DNA of 64,000 bases from Pirellulales bacterium (GCA_963733035.1 CAVTBU010000005.1:352001-416000), one strand, 5' to 3'. Shown: positions 20,014 through 31,226, numbered from the stretch's first letter. Made by a program: numbers and translations. The notes: generated by a model from the letters alone, not told the origin.

Positions 20014-20931
20014 ATGCCAGTACGACTTTTTGGGTGCCGCTGTGCGCCTTGGGCGGAAAAACTCGAACTTCAAAGGGCACTGAAGCACTTCACCGGGGCG
20101 GCCGTAATCGCCCTTGTCTGTTGCGCGTGGGCCGTGGCCGCCACGCCGAATCAAGCAACGTCGAGCCGCGCGGCGCGCGAAGACGCGCTACGCTCGATTC
20201 CGCTGGAAAAATTACCTGCCGAGATGCGCGAACAGGTCACTTCGACACTCAAGGCCACGAGTCTCTTTCGGCGACTGCCTGTGCAAGTCACGCCGTGCGA
20301 CCCGGAAATGTACCTGTTTCTGGTACGTCATCCGGAGGTGGTCGTCAACATCTGGGAAGTCATGAACATCAGCAACGTGGCGCTGCAGCGAACCGGTTCC
20401 GATACCTTTCGCGCAACCGACAACGCGGGCACCTTGTGTAACGTCAAGTTTTGTTACAGCGACGACGAGACACACGTTATCTATGCCGAAGGAGCGTACA
20501 GCGGCCCGATGTTTAATCGTCCGATTCGCGCTCGCTGCGTGCTGTTGCTCAAGAGCGGCTACATGCAAGAGACCGACGGGCAGTACTATGTGACCAGCCG
20601 TATGGATACGTTCATTCAGATCGAGCACGCCGGCGTGGAAGTGTTGGCCAAGACGCTGCAAATGCTGATTCATCGTTCGGCCGACTACAATTTTGTCGAA
20701 ACAGCAGCCTTCCTGGGCACCATTTCGCGAACAGCCGAGGCCAACCCGTACGGCATGCGACGACTGGCCGACAAACTTACAAACCTGCGTCCGGAAGTTC
20801 GCAACCAGTTCGCCGAATTGTCGGTGGAAGTGGGGGAAAAAGCCCGCGAGCGGCAGGCCATGCTGGGTAATTCAAAGATTGTTCCGGTAAGCAGTACCAC
20901 GCCGAAGCCAGACGACACGAAAGCGCGGTAG
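20014..20931 (+). CDS. Hypothetical exported protein
   Basis: Long ORF with typical codon usage and an N-terminal hydrophobic segment. No motif recognised; start uncertain. Confidence 0.65.
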   Translation: MPVRLFGCRCAPWAEKLELQRALKHFTGAAVIALVCCAWAVAATPNQATSSRAAREDALRSIPLEKLPAEMREQVTSTLKATSLFRRLPVQVTPCDPEMYLFLVRHPEVVVNIWEVMNISNVALQRTGSDTFRATDNAGTLCNVKFCYSDDETHVIYAEGAYSGPMFNRPIRARCVLLLKSGYMQETDGQYYVTSRMDTFIQIEHAGVEVLAKTLQMLIHRSADYNFVETAAFLGTISRTAEANPYGMRRLADKLTNLRPEVRNQFAELSVEVGEKARERQAMLGNSKIVPVSSTTPKPDDTKAR

Positions 20932-20970
20932 CGGCGCGCTCCAGACCCAATGCCATGGCGCGCGGCTCGC

Positions 20971-22591
20971 TTAGGTGCGGGCCGCGCCCGTGCCGCCGCA
21001 TACCCGTTCTTCGACAAGATGTTTGAGGCCCTGCAGGTCGAGCTTGCCGGTACCCAGCAGCGGAATCTCGTCGACCTGGTAAAAGCTGTCCTTGTCGGGA
21101 ATCCATAAGTTGGGCAGCCCCGTGGCGACGAGTTCCTTCAGCACCTGGTCGAGCGGTTTGTCGCAGGGCAAATGGAACACGATCAGACGCTCCCCTTTCT
21201 TCGGGTCGGGGACGGACGTGACTGCCACGGCAAGTTTGTCCTCGTCGTCGCACATGATCTTCTGCAGCAGTTCCTCGACGCGGATGTGAGGCACCATTTC
21301 GCCGCCAATTTTCGAGAACCGACTGAGCCGCCCCGTGATGTGGATGAAACCGTCGTCATCGACCAACCCCATGTCGCCCGTGTTGTACCAACCGTCGTGC
21401 AATACCTCGGCGGTCTTTTCGGGCAGTTTGTAGTAGCCCTGCATGACGTTCGGTCCCTTGAAGAGCAGGATGCCCGTTTCTCCCTGGGGCAAGTCCTCGC
21501 CCGTTTCGTGGTCGATGGCCTTGCCGACGACGCCGGGAATGGGCCGCCCGACGGTGCCCAGTTTGGCCTGCGTGGTATCGCCACCGATGGCGCGGTTGGC
21601 CGGCACGTTGACCGAAACGATGGGCGAAAGTTCGGTGGTTCCGTAGCCCTCCATCGGTCGGATGTGAAATCGCTCCTCGAACGCCTCGCACAGCTCATTG
21701 GGCAGTTTCTCGGCGCCGGTCACCACCAGTTCCAGGCTGGCGAATTCCTCGGGTGTGCAGCGCCGCATATACCAGCGCAAGAACGTCGGCGTGGTGACCA
21801 GAATCGTTACCTTGTAGTCCTTGCACATCTTGCCAATCACTTTGGCATCGAGCGGACTGAAGTGATAGCAACCCTTGGGGCCCAGCGCCAGCACCGACCA
21901 CAGGCCCACCGTAAAACCGAACGAATGAAACAGCGGCAGAATGCCGAGCACCATGTCGTGGTCGTCGAGTTGCAAGATGTCGTCGATGGCAGCCGAGTTC
22001 GTGCCGACGTTTTTATAGGAGAGCATCACACCCTTTGGCTGCCCGGTGGAACCGGAGGTGTAGATGATCGTAAACAGCTCATCTGGGTCGATCGTGTGCA
22101 GGCCCAGCCAGCGTTCAAGCACGGCCGAGGGCCACGTATAGGCCTGCACGGCGGCGACAAGCTTATCGGCGGTCGTTACCTTTTCGCGCAGGTCTTCCAG
22201 ATAGACCAACTCGGCATCGAGCTTGAAGTTGAACCGTTCCATGAATCGCCGGCTCGTGAGCACGTGGCGAATGCCGCACTGGGCGATGCAATAGTTGAGC
22301 GTTTCGGACGGAACCGTGTAGTTCAGATTTACTGCCACACGACGACACAGCGTCGTGGCGGCGTTGGCCAGCACGCCACCGGCCGACGGCGGAACTAGCA
22401 AGCCCACAAACCTTTCGTCCGGCGCCAAGACCTCGCGCAGCAAGAGCCGTCGGAAGATAAGCGTCCGCATCAGGAGGCTGCCGCCGGTCATTTCCACGCC
22501 CGTCGAATCGACGATCTTGCGCAAACATCGATTTGCGGCATTGACGCAAAAAGGCCCGGGGCACGATGATCGTGCGCGCTTGAGGAGTCAT
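20971..22591 (-). CDS. AMP-binding acyl-ACP synthetase (Aas C-terminal-like); apparent frameshift near 22520
   Basis: Motifs YTSGSTGQPKGV, EGYGTTE, TGD and GRLSRFSKIGGEMV. The N-terminus MTPQARTIIVPRAFLRQCRK is in another frame. Confidence 0.85.
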
Positions 22592-22829
22592 CTTGTCCTG
22601 GTTCACTGGGGTTGGCCGGCCTCGCCGAGGGGGCACACGCAAAGCTTGCGCACCTTCGCGAAGCGCGAGATTTTTCGCGGCAGTGGGTCGCCCGTCCGCG
22701 ACGAACTGCCCTTCATAAAGATACTACCTTGCGCGGCCCTGGGGTAGACCGATCGACGCCCCCGGCGGCAGCCACGAGAGGTATCGGAAAACGGTTCGAA
22801 CGATGTTCCGCCTTGGCCGCCGGCGACAA

Positions 22830-23636
22830 CTACAGGGGCTCGTCGCGCACCGGATTGGTCAACGATCCGATTTTTTCGATTTCGACGGTGATCTCGTCGC
22901 CGTCCTTGAGAAATACGGGCGGCTTGCGGGCCATGCCCACGCCGTGCGGCGTGCCGGTCAGGATCAAGGTGCCCGGCAGCAGGCGCGTGCTGCCGCTGAG
23001 AAATTCGATCAGCGTGGGGACGTCGAAAATCATGTCGTTGGTATTCCAATCCTGCATAACCTCGCCGTTTAAGATGGTCTTGATTTGCAGCACGTTGGGA
23101 TCGGGAATGTCGTCGGGCGTGACTAGCGCGGGACCCAGCGGACAGAAGGTGTCGAACGTCTTCCCTCGGCACCACTGACTGCCGCCCATTTGCTTTTGCC
23201 AATCGCGCGCGCTTACGTCATTCGCGCAGGTATAGCCCAACACGTGCTTCAGTGCTTCTTCGCGAAGTACGTTTTTGCACTCGCGCCCGATCACGACGGC
23301 GAGCTCACATTCGTAATCGACTTCGTCGCTCTTTAGTTGCCGGGGGAGCTCGATCGGGTCACCAGGATTTTGCGCGGTGCTGGGAAGCTTCATAAACAGC
23401 ACCGGCCACTTCGGAATCGGGGCATTTCCTTCCGCGGCATGGCGGCGGTAGTTTAGCCCGATGCAGAGGATCCCGGTGGGAACAATCGGCGTGAGCAGTT
23501 TTTGTACATCCGCGGTTCGTTCCGTTACCTCGTAGCGGCCGAAGATGTCGCCGGCGATTTCACGCGCCGAGCCGTCACCGAGTTGCGATGCGAACTTGAT
23601 CTGATTCTGACTGTCGCGATAGCGAATGATTTTCAT
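22830..23636 (-). CDS. Fumarylacetoacetate hydrolase family protein
   Basis: Motifs CIGLNY..HA.E, DYECELAVVIG, NDVSARDWQ, GKTFDTFCPLGP and TGTP.GVG. Confidence 0.93.
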   Translation of the reverse strand: MKIIRYRDSQNQIKFASQLGDGSAREIAGDIFGRYEVTERTADVQKLLTPIVPTGILCIGLNYRRHAAEGNAPIPKWPVLFMKLPSTAQNPGDPIELPRQLKSDEVDYECELAVVIGRECKNVLREEALKHVLGYTCANDVSARDWQKQMGGSQWCRGKTFDTFCPLGPALVTPDDIPDPNVLQIKTILNGEVMQDWNTNDMIFDVPTLIEFLSGSTRLLPGTLILTGTPHGVGMARKPPVFLKDGDEITVEIEKIGSLTNPVRDEPL

Positions 23637-23950
23637 GGCGGCCACGTGATGTCTGGGAGGTTTCGGTAAAGTCGCGATTATCCGTTCGCGAGGTAGCATT
23701 CGTCAATTGGGGCACCCGTGATCTGCACAAAGGCACTAACACCCCTAGCTGACGTATCTTGTGCGCTGCATGGGCGGGATGGGTCATGGCGACTCTCAAA
23801 TTACCAGCCAGAGACTCGTAATTGCCACTCTACGATCTATGTCATAACGCCCAAAAGACTGGTTGCGGAAGCTAACTTCCACTCCTAAAGTGCACTTCAG
23901 ACTGGTCGACGGGCCGCGACCGGCACTCTCCTCTCCCCCGCGATACGCAC

Positions 23951-24628
23951 ATGGCGTCGGCCAGGCGTCAAAACTTGAGCGAGCAAGTTGCCGCACGGAT
24001 CAAGCAACTCATCATCGATGAGGGGCTCAAGCCGGGCGACCGCCTCCCCACGGAACAGGAAATGGCCGACCGGTTTGGCGTCAGCCGTGTCAGCGTCCGC
24101 GAGGCCACCAAAGCCCTTAGCTTCCTGGGCATCATTCACGCCGCTCCGCGCCGCGGACTGACGATCGGCGAAGTCGACATGAGCCGCGTCACGGAATATC
24201 TCGGCTTTCACTTCGCGTTGGGCAGCTACCCGAAGCGAGAGCTCCTGCAAACGCGACTCGTCATTGAGTCTGGAGCCCTGCCCTACATTTCCCAGGCAAT
24301 GGCCACACAAGGGGATCTGTTCGACCGCCTTGTGCAGTTGATCGAAGCGAGCAAGCCGATCGTCAGCGTGCGACAGCGGATGGCAAGCGACCTGGCATTC
24401 CACCACGAACTGATAGCGGCCAGCGGCATGGGCCCGCTCCGTGTCTTCGACGACTTGCTGCAGATATTCTTTGGACATTTCGCGCCCGACCTCAGCGATG
24501 ACCAGTGGGAGTTGGCCACGGACCACCACGCCTGCTTGATCCGACTGCTGCGGGACGGCAAGGTGGAAAACGCAAGGCAATTGCTCTCAGAGCACCTGGG
24601 CACCTATTCGTCTCGAATTGGCGACTAG
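23951..24628 (+). CDS. GntR/FadR-family transcriptional regulator
   Basis: Winged HTH LKPGDRLPTE..MA..FGVSR.SVREA, and an FCD domain with D..FH...H. Confidence 0.92.
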   Translation: MASARRQNLSEQVAARIKQLIIDEGLKPGDRLPTEQEMADRFGVSRVSVREATKALSFLGIIHAAPRRGLTIGEVDMSRVTEYLGFHFALGSYPKRELLQTRLVIESGALPYISQAMATQGDLFDRLVQLIEASKPIVSVRQRMASDLAFHHELIAASGMGPLRVFDDLLQIFFGHFAPDLSDDQWELATDHHACLIRLLRDGKVENARQLLSEHLGTYSSRIGD

Positions 24629-24698
24629 TCTCACGCTCTGCGTTCAAGCCGGGTAGAATGGCAAGAATTGCCGCTCTGCCGATTGCCGGTCCGCTTGC

Positions 24699-26636
24699 AT
24701 GCCGCCCGACCCAATTGTTTCTATTGTCGATCGTTGTCTCGCGCCCGGCTGCTTCTATGTCGTGCCGGGGGCCCGGTTGCGCATTGAGGGCCACGTCGCC
24801 CAAGAGCTTCCCTGGGAAATCTACTTCGGGCATCTGCTAGATGCAAAGGTCGCTCGACGTCGCGAGCGATTCACGTCGTGGAAAATCTCCCTGGATGAAC
24901 CCGCTAGTTCCAATCATGGACCGCTTGTCTCGGTTCATTGGCAACCGCCAAATCGGCAATTGCACGTAACCCGGCAGATTCTGACACACGGTTTCGAGGC
25001 GTACGAAGACGAACCTGGTGTCATCCTGACCCGGCCGACACAGAAATGCGTCACGGAACTTGTCGGATCGGTGAGGCTCGCGGACGCCCGTTCGGAGCGC
25101 TTGGGGCATGAGCTTGGCGAACTCTTGTTTTTGGCGGTCATCGGTACCAGCCGTTTGCCAATCACGTCGCTCGAGTCGCCGCTGCCCGCCTATTCGCTGG
25201 GGCGGCTCGCTTACATCCCGGACTTGTCCCTGGCGGATGCTCCCTGGTCCGATGTGTCGTCGTTTCTCGGTGCGACGCTCACTGGCGAGCACTCCCTGAT
25301 CCAGCAGGCCAAAGCGTTGGAAACTGCCCTGCGGTCAGGCTCCGGGGCCGATATCGGGGAATTGACGGCTGTGTTGCGGCATAGCATCGGTGATGCGACC
25401 GCCGCGACTCGCTTGCTGCGCACCGTCTTCAACACGGCCGCGTTGTCGCCGTATACCCATTTCGCTGATTCGCTAATTGGTCTAATCATCGAACTTGCCG
25501 AAACGGAATGGTACGGCTCCGTTGAAGCGCTTGAATTGCTCAGTTACATGCTACGGCACCTATGCCGGCATCTGACGGCCTTCGATCTGGTCGTGTTCCA
25601 TAGTTTTGGTGCCAACTACCCTGACGCGCTATTCCTCGATGCACTGCTCAAGGCGTTTCTGAAGCTGCTTCCGCGACATGGCGCAACGGCGCTCGGCACA
25701 ACGGGTCGAATTCTAAGACGGGGCCTTCGGCAGGCCTGCTTGGCGCGTAAACACTATGAAGGCCATCGAGTACCCGACGCGCCGACTTCGATGGGCGAAA
25801 ACGTCCGCGTGCTACCTGAGCCGTTTCGACGCGTGCCCGACGAACAGATTCTCGAGTCAGGAAAACGTCGGCGACGTCTTTTCGACGGCGAACCGACCGA
25901 CAGCCTGCTGTCGGACGTCACGCGTGCCATATTCACGGCCAGTCTTGTCGATTTGGACGATCTCCGCGAGTTGCGCGAACTGGGAATGGCTCACTACCTC
26001 GACCGACCCTTGGGGGTGCTGAAGGCAGCCGGCGAAATCGATCGCACGCCGCTGCTTGCCTATGTGGCTTGCAGCCGGTTTGTCGCCGCTCGACGGCTTG
26101 CAAGTTTGCAATCCGCTGGTTGGATCGACGCGGCACGATATGAGGCTCTGCGCACGGCGTTGCCGGGAATTTCCGTCGTCGGGGTGCCAGCAAGTGAATT
26201 GCGAGCCACGGAGCGGCCGGGGGTCGTTTCGTTGGCCGATGCCAACAAGGCAGCGTCCGACTTCGTGTTCCTGCGCACAACACGCAGCTCGCTCGACGAA
26301 TTGCTTGGACGGTACGATTGGCGGCCGCTGGAGGAGTCTTATCCAGACGTCGTGCACTGGCTTCACGCAGATCGTGACGTGCTCGTCGTGCAACATTGTC
26401 CGCTGGAATCGCCCGATGGACCGGTTTTGCAGGCTTTTGCCGGCGAGGAATTACGATTGGAACTCGGATTTCCGCGCGAGCGAAGTACAATGGGCATTTA
26501 CCGGCAGCAAGCCGGTGGCGAAGTCGTCTGCAAGCTGCACGTATTGCGAGCGTGGGACGTGGCGAGGTGCGAATTGGTGCATATGCGCGAGCGTGGTCTT
26601 TGGCTCGAAGCCCGCGTGGAAGCAGGCACAACCTAG
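24699..26636 (+). CDS. Large hypothetical protein (645 aa)
   Basis: Long ORF filling the gap between gntR and the sulfatase. No family recognised. Confidence 0.7.
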   Translation: MPPDPIVSIVDRCLAPGCFYVVPGARLRIEGHVAQELPWEIYFGHLLDAKVARRRERFTSWKISLDEPASSNHGPLVSVHWQPPNRQLHVTRQILTHGFEAYEDEPGVILTRPTQKCVTELVGSVRLADARSERLGHELGELLFLAVIGTSRLPITSLESPLPAYSLGRLAYIPDLSLADAPWSDVSSFLGATLTGEHSLIQQAKALETALRSGSGADIGELTAVLRHSIGDATAATRLLRTVFNTAALSPYTHFADSLIGLIIELAETEWYGSVEALELLSYMLRHLCRHLTAFDLVVFHSFGANYPDALFLDALLKAFLKLLPRHGATALGTTGRILRRGLRQACLARKHYEGHRVPDAPTSMGENVRVLPEPFRRVPDEQILESGKRRRRLFDGEPTDSLLSDVTRAIFTASLVDLDDLRELRELGMAHYLDRPLGVLKAAGEIDRTPLLAYVACSRFVAARRLASLQSAGWIDAARYEALRTALPGISVVGVPASELRATERPGVVSLADANKAASDFVFLRTTRSSLDELLGRYDWRPLEESYPDVVHWLHADRDVLVVQHCPLESPDGPVLQAFAGEELRLELGFPRERSTMGIYRQQAGGEVVCKLHVLRAWDVARCELVHMRERGLWLEARVEAGTT

Positions 26637-26647
26637 AGGTGTTCGAG

Positions 26648-28048
26648 ATGCATTTGCGATGGGCGGCGCTCGCCGCGTTGTTGAGTCTATGCTTCTTGCC
26701 GGTGGCCTGGTCGGCCGAGAAGAACGTGGTGCTGGTGGTGGCCGATGACCTGGGCTTGGATCTGGCCTGTTACGGCAATCGCTCGATCCGCATGTCGCAC
26801 CTCGACGCCTTGGCGAAAGACGCCACTGTATTCACGCATGCTTTTTGCACGACCTCCAGTTGCAGTCCCAGTCGGTCGGTAATCCTGAGCGGCACCTACA
26901 ACCACGCTAACGGCATGTACGGCCTGGCGCATGCGGAGCATCATTTCAGTTCATTCGAACGGCTACCGACGCTGACCGTGCAGCTTGCGAAGGCGGGATA
27001 TCGCACCGCCACGAGCGGCAAATTGCATGTCGGTCCACCGTCGAGCTACCCGTTTGACGTGGCATTGCCTGGCAGCCCGCGAAACGGCGTGCAGATGGCG
27101 GAAAACTGCCGCAAATTCGTCCAGTCGGACGACGAGCGCCCGTTCTTCCTATACTTCTGCACTGCGGATCCGCATCGCGGCGCCGGAGACGGTCCGCCAC
27201 CTTACCGGCCTAACCGATTCGGTAACGAAGTGAAACACCCGGGCATTGAGGAACAAAATTACACGCCCGAAGAAGTCGAGGTGCCGCCGTTCCTACCCGA
27301 CACTCCCACAGTGCGGGCCGAGTTGGCCGAGTACTACCAGGCGAGTTCGCGGTTCGACCAGGGTGTGGGACGGTTAGTCGAGGTGCTTAAAGAGGCCGGT
27401 TGTTGGGACAGTACGCTGCTGATCTTCATTTCCGACAACGGCATCCCCTTCCCGGGCGCTAAGACCACGCTCTACGAACCCGGCATGCGGTTGCCGTGCA
27501 TCGTGCGGAACCCGTATCAATCGGAGCGGGGAGTACGATCGTCGGCAATGGTCTCCTGGGTCGATATTGCGCCCACGATTCTCGATTTCGTCGGCGCTCC
27601 AATCGAACCCAAAATGCAGGGCCGATCGTTTTTATCCGTCCTCAACCAGACAGCGCCGGCAGGGTGGGACGAAGTGTTCGGCTCACACACGTTTCATGAG
27701 GTGACGATGTACTATCCGATGCGCGTCGTGCGCGGCCGGAAATACAAACTGATCTGGAATCTCGCACACGAGTTGACCTATCCGTCGGCCTCCGACCTAT
27801 ACAGTGGGGCCACGTGGCAGGAAGCACTCGCCAAGGGCACTGACTCGATCTTTGGGCAGCGAACCGTGGGACAATATCTGCATCGCCCCGAATTCGAGCT
27901 CTACGATTTGGAGAACGACCCGGGCGAATCGAAAAACCTTGCAGGCGAAAAAGAGCATGCCGCCACGCTGGCCGAGCTGAAAGCCAGGCTCAAGGCCTTT
28001 CAACAGCGCACCGGCGACCCTTGGATTCACAAGTGGGTCTACGAGTAA
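26648..28048 (+). CDS. Exported sulfatase (N-sulfoglucosamine sulfohydrolase-like)
   Basis: Signal peptide, then ADDLG, the formylglycine motif CSPSR, GKLH, DPH, SDNG.PFP.AK and ELYDL..DP.E. Confidence 0.92.
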   Translation: MHLRWAALAALLSLCFLPVAWSAEKNVVLVVADDLGLDLACYGNRSIRMSHLDALAKDATVFTHAFCTTSSCSPSRSVILSGTYNHANGMYGLAHAEHHFSSFERLPTLTVQLAKAGYRTATSGKLHVGPPSSYPFDVALPGSPRNGVQMAENCRKFVQSDDERPFFLYFCTADPHRGAGDGPPPYRPNRFGNEVKHPGIEEQNYTPEEVEVPPFLPDTPTVRAELAEYYQASSRFDQGVGRLVEVLKEAGCWDSTLLIFISDNGIPFPGAKTTLYEPGMRLPCIVRNPYQSERGVRSSAMVSWVDIAPTILDFVGAPIEPKMQGRSFLSVLNQTAPAGWDEVFGSHTFHEVTMYYPMRVVRGRKYKLIWNLAHELTYPSASDLYSGATWQEALAKGTDSIFGQRTVGQYLHRPEFELYDLENDPGESKNLAGEKEHAATLAELKARLKAFQQRTGDPWIHKWVYE

Positions 28049-28069
28049 TCGTCAACGAGCGGTCGTCAA

Positions 28070-29017
28070 CTACGCCTGAAAGAAGACTCGTTCGGCTGTC
28101 TTGCGGAGCAGCCAATTGCGATCTGCCGGCGAAAGGAACTCGATTCGGCTTCGCACCAGTTCGATCGAGTCGCGATACGTGTGGCCGTTCTGCACCTGGT
28201 AAGGACAGTCGGTCGCCCACATCAGCCGCTCCGGGCCATACGCATCGACAAGCCGACGGATCATCGGCGTCAGATCGGTGTACGGGGCGGCTTTCTTTCC
28301 CAGCGCATAGAAGGCTGACACTTTGACGTGCGTGTTGTTGTGTCGCGCCAGCCGGCAGAGGTTGTCGACATCGCGTTCCCGTATTTTCCCGTCGACACCG
28401 ACGCGGCCAAAGTGATCCACCACCACGGGCGTCTCGGGAAACTTCTCGCACATCTTGTCGAGGGGCTCGAGGGCCTCGGGATTGACGAGTCCGCACATCG
28501 CCATGCTTTCCTCGGCGCCAACCTTCCACATGGTGGCCATCCCGTCCGAACCGAGCCACCGATCGACCGCCTGCTTGGCCGGATGGATGCGAAACCCTCG
28601 TACGCCCTGCTTCTTCAGATCGCGCATCGTGGCCGGCACGCCGCCGTCGTGTTCGTCGATGACCGCCACGCCGGAAAACACGCCAGGATAGTCGCGGATC
28701 GCGTCGAGCATATAGCGGTTGTCGAAACCGTAGAAACTCATCTGGATCAGTACCACGCGGCCCACGCCGGCCGGCCGGGCCTCGGCCAGCAACTGGTCGG
28801 GCGTGAAGCTGGGGGGCTGCATGTCGGCGACGGTGTAGCCTTTGGTCAGGGGATATCGCCGAACGTCCGGCGTCCACACGTGGACATGGGCGTCGATTGC
28901 CAACTCATCGCGTTTTGGTTCGTCGGCCTTAACCGAGTAACTCATTGCTGCCGCGGCTGTCGCCAAACCGCCCTGGAGAAGTCGTCGCCGAGAAAGCCGA
29001 ACGTCGAAGTCGAGCAT
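28070..29017 (-). CDS. Amidohydrolase_2 family protein with a Tat signal
   Basis: Twin-arginine motif SRRRLL, then IDAHVHVW, VDHFG, KVSA and WATDCP. Confidence 0.88.
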   Translation of the reverse strand: MLDFDVRLSRRRLLQGGLATAAAAMSYSVKADEPKRDELAIDAHVHVWTPDVRRYPLTKGYTVADMQPPSFTPDQLLAEARPAGVGRVVLIQMSFYGFDNRYMLDAIRDYPGVFSGVAVIDEHDGGVPATMRDLKKQGVRGFRIHPAKQAVDRWLGSDGMATMWKVGAEESMAMCGLVNPEALEPLDKMCEKFPETPVVVDHFGRVGVDGKIRERDVDNLCRLARHNNTHVKVSAFYALGKKAAPYTDLTPMIRRLVDAYGPERLMWATDCPYQVQNGHTYRDSIELVRSRIEFLSPADRNWLLRKTAERVFFQA

Positions 29018-29123
29018 TTCATAACCACATGTCGAATGAACCTACGAAGACCATCGATGGCGTAATCGTAGCATCGCGCGTCAACGAAAGAAACTTGTCC
29101 GCCTGACAACGGTCCGTTTGCCG

Positions 29124-31226
29124 TCAGATCGTGAGGTTCATGAGATATTCGTCCAGCGATTCCCGTTGGCGGGTTTCCTCGTCGGTGAGTTTCTTGATCT
29201 CATCCCGCAGACTTTCAACCGTGGTCTCCTGCTCGCCGAACTTTTGAACGTAGCGGCGATAGAGGTCGGAATTGCGGTCGAGCTGCCCCATGTTCTGACG
29301 AATACGAGTCTGCTCCTGAGTGATCTCGCCGATCTGGCCCGTTAGTTGCTCGCGGCTTTGGGCGACTTGCTGCAAGGCGTGTTTCCGCTTGACGACTTCT
29401 TGCAAGGCTGCCTTCACCTCGGGCCGGATCACCTTTTGGCTCGTGAAGAAGGCAATTGCACTGTCGTCGAGATTGGTCAGCGCCAGGGACTGTTGCACAA
29501 CTTGTTCCTCGACGACATCCAGCGTGACCGGTTTACCGGGTTCGGCAGTCACGGCAAACCGGTAGCGATCGCGGGTTTTTTCCGTCGGCTCGTGAGGCGA
29601 GACAAGCTTCCAATTGGCCTGCAGCGGCTGCTCGATCAGCACGGTCTTGGCCTTCGCATCGGAATTCTTCACCGTGTAGTCAGTCTCGCGCACGTATTTC
29701 CGAGTGACTTCGAGCGTACCCTTGACGATCTTGACGTTGGTCACCTGCTCAGGATGGCCCTTGCTCTGAGGGGCGACCTCGGTCTTCAGGTCCAGGGCGT
29801 AGCTCAGCAGGCGCTCGGCGCCAGGGGCCAGATCTTCGATCTTGGCGTCGCCCGCGTACGTGGCGCCGTCGAATACCGTGATCGGTCCCTGCATCAAGTT
29901 CAGGTCGGTCGAATTGACCAGCCGCAATCCGTTGAGTGGGTGCTTGGCCTGCACCGCCTGGTTGTAGATCGACACCTTTTCGCCTTCAACGCTTTCATTG
30001 ACGATCGGCAACATGGCCGACTTCTGCCGGGCCAGCTTAACCGGCCCATCGATCACGTATTGAAACAGTTCGCCCACGTCACCGCCCTGAGCTGCGCTGA
30101 CCGACCCCTGTAGAGACAGCTCTGATGTACCGAGCGTGTCAGCCGGCGCTGCGGCAGGCGCGGCGACGTCGCCGACGATCTTCGCACCCTGGGCGTAGAG
30201 CGCTGGTCCCCTCGCGCTGCCGCTAACGCCCCCCGGCCGCGCACGATTCTCGCCCGCGGCTCGCTTCAACTGTTCCACCTTTGCCAAGTCATCACCATAG
30301 ACTTGCGGTCGAAGCGCGGCATACAGCTCGAGCTGTTCCAGTGGCCGCTGCACGTACAGGGGCTCATAGAGGTCCATGCGGTAGGAAATCGGTCGGCCGC
30401 TGACCAGCGTCAATTGCACGTCGATCCAATCTTCCTCGGTCGTGTTTTCGACGATGGCCCAGCCTTGCAGAAAGGGCTTGCCCCGCTCGTCAAGCACCAG
30501 CCGATAGCTGGTTTTCCAGACGGGCGTCTCTTGGATATAGCCCACTCGCACGGGGCGCTTGCCGGTGCCGAGAAAATCGAGCGTGACCGATTTCTTGTCG
30601 TTGTTATGGCCCGTGGCCAGCACGGCTAGCGCCTGGTGAAAGTCCTTGTCGAGTTCGGCATTCAGCAGCTTGATGCGGCTAATCGAATCCATCGGCAAGC
30701 TGCGGAGGCCCTCGTCGGTCAGCAGGTTCAGAAATTCGACCTCAACCACTTCATCCTTGCCGGCCTCCTTCTTCCGCTTCTCGACGCCGAGCAGTGTTCC
30801 GCTGGTGGCCGCGGGTGCGTCGATTTGCACGCGTTCGCCGCGAACCTGGTTGAGAATGTCGGCCAGCGTGGGGTTGTTGGTCAGGTCAATCGGAAAGGTT
30901 TGCAGCGTCTTGGTGATCGGATCGCGCGAGCCGTAGGTGACGGTTGAGATTTTTCCACCGCCGCGGTCTTCCAGAATCATGCTTTTCAGCAGGTCGTTGA
31001 TGTCGTCGACATTGAACCGCAGCTCAATTTTTGCGTTGCCGTCAACTTCTCCCTGCCGTTCGAAATAGCCGACACCGGACGTGAACATCACCACTTTGCC
31101 GAGCGGTACACGATCGGCGACCGCCTGGTGCTTGTCGTCTTGCGCAATACCAAGCGGGGCCGACAGGGCGACCATTGAAAGTGCGACAAAACTGAACCGC
31201 AAGCCGCGCGCAACGGTGGTCAACAT
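29124..31226 (-). CDS. Secreted DUF4139-type protein with a C-terminal coiled coil
   Basis: Signal peptide, then FTSGVGYFER, INDLLKS, WKTSYRL and LQGWAIVEN....DW..V.L.LVSGRP. Confidence 0.75.
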   Translation of the reverse strand: MLTTVARGLRFSFVALSMVALSAPLGIAQDDKHQAVADRVPLGKVVMFTSGVGYFERQGEVDGNAKIELRFNVDDINDLLKSMILEDRGGGKISTVTYGSRDPITKTLQTFPIDLTNNPTLADILNQVRGERVQIDAPAATSGTLLGVEKRKKEAGKDEVVEVEFLNLLTDEGLRSLPMDSISRIKLLNAELDKDFHQALAVLATGHNNDKKSVTLDFLGTGKRPVRVGYIQETPVWKTSYRLVLDERGKPFLQGWAIVENTTEEDWIDVQLTLVSGRPISYRMDLYEPLYVQRPLEQLELYAALRPQVYGDDLAKVEQLKRAAGENRARPGGVSGSARGPALYAQGAKIVGDVAAPAAAPADTLGTSELSLQGSVSAAQGGDVGELFQYVIDGPVKLARQKSAMLPIVNESVEGEKVSIYNQAVQAKHPLNGLRLVNSTDLNLMQGPITVFDGATYAGDAKIEDLAPGAERLLSYALDLKTEVAPQSKGHPEQVTNVKIVKGTLEVTRKYVRETDYTVKNSDAKAKTVLIEQPLQANWKLVSPHEPTEKTRDRYRFAVTAEPGKPVTLDVVEEQVVQQSLALTNLDDSAIAFFTSQKVIRPEVKAALQEVVKRKHALQQVAQSREQLTGQIGEITQEQTRIRQNMGQLDRNSDLYRRYVQKFGEQETTVESLRDEIKKLTDEETRQRESLDEYLMNLTI

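Noticed and set aside
21172..22398. 408-aa antisense ORF, and similar ones opposite moxR, nuoL, TatD and 5-FCL
   Set aside because: These are antisense shadows of well-supported genes, expected from GC-biased codon usage.
22592..22829. GC-rich intergenic region upstream of the Aas-like gene as an ncRNA
   Set aside because: Only short, weak stems and no recognisable RNA family.
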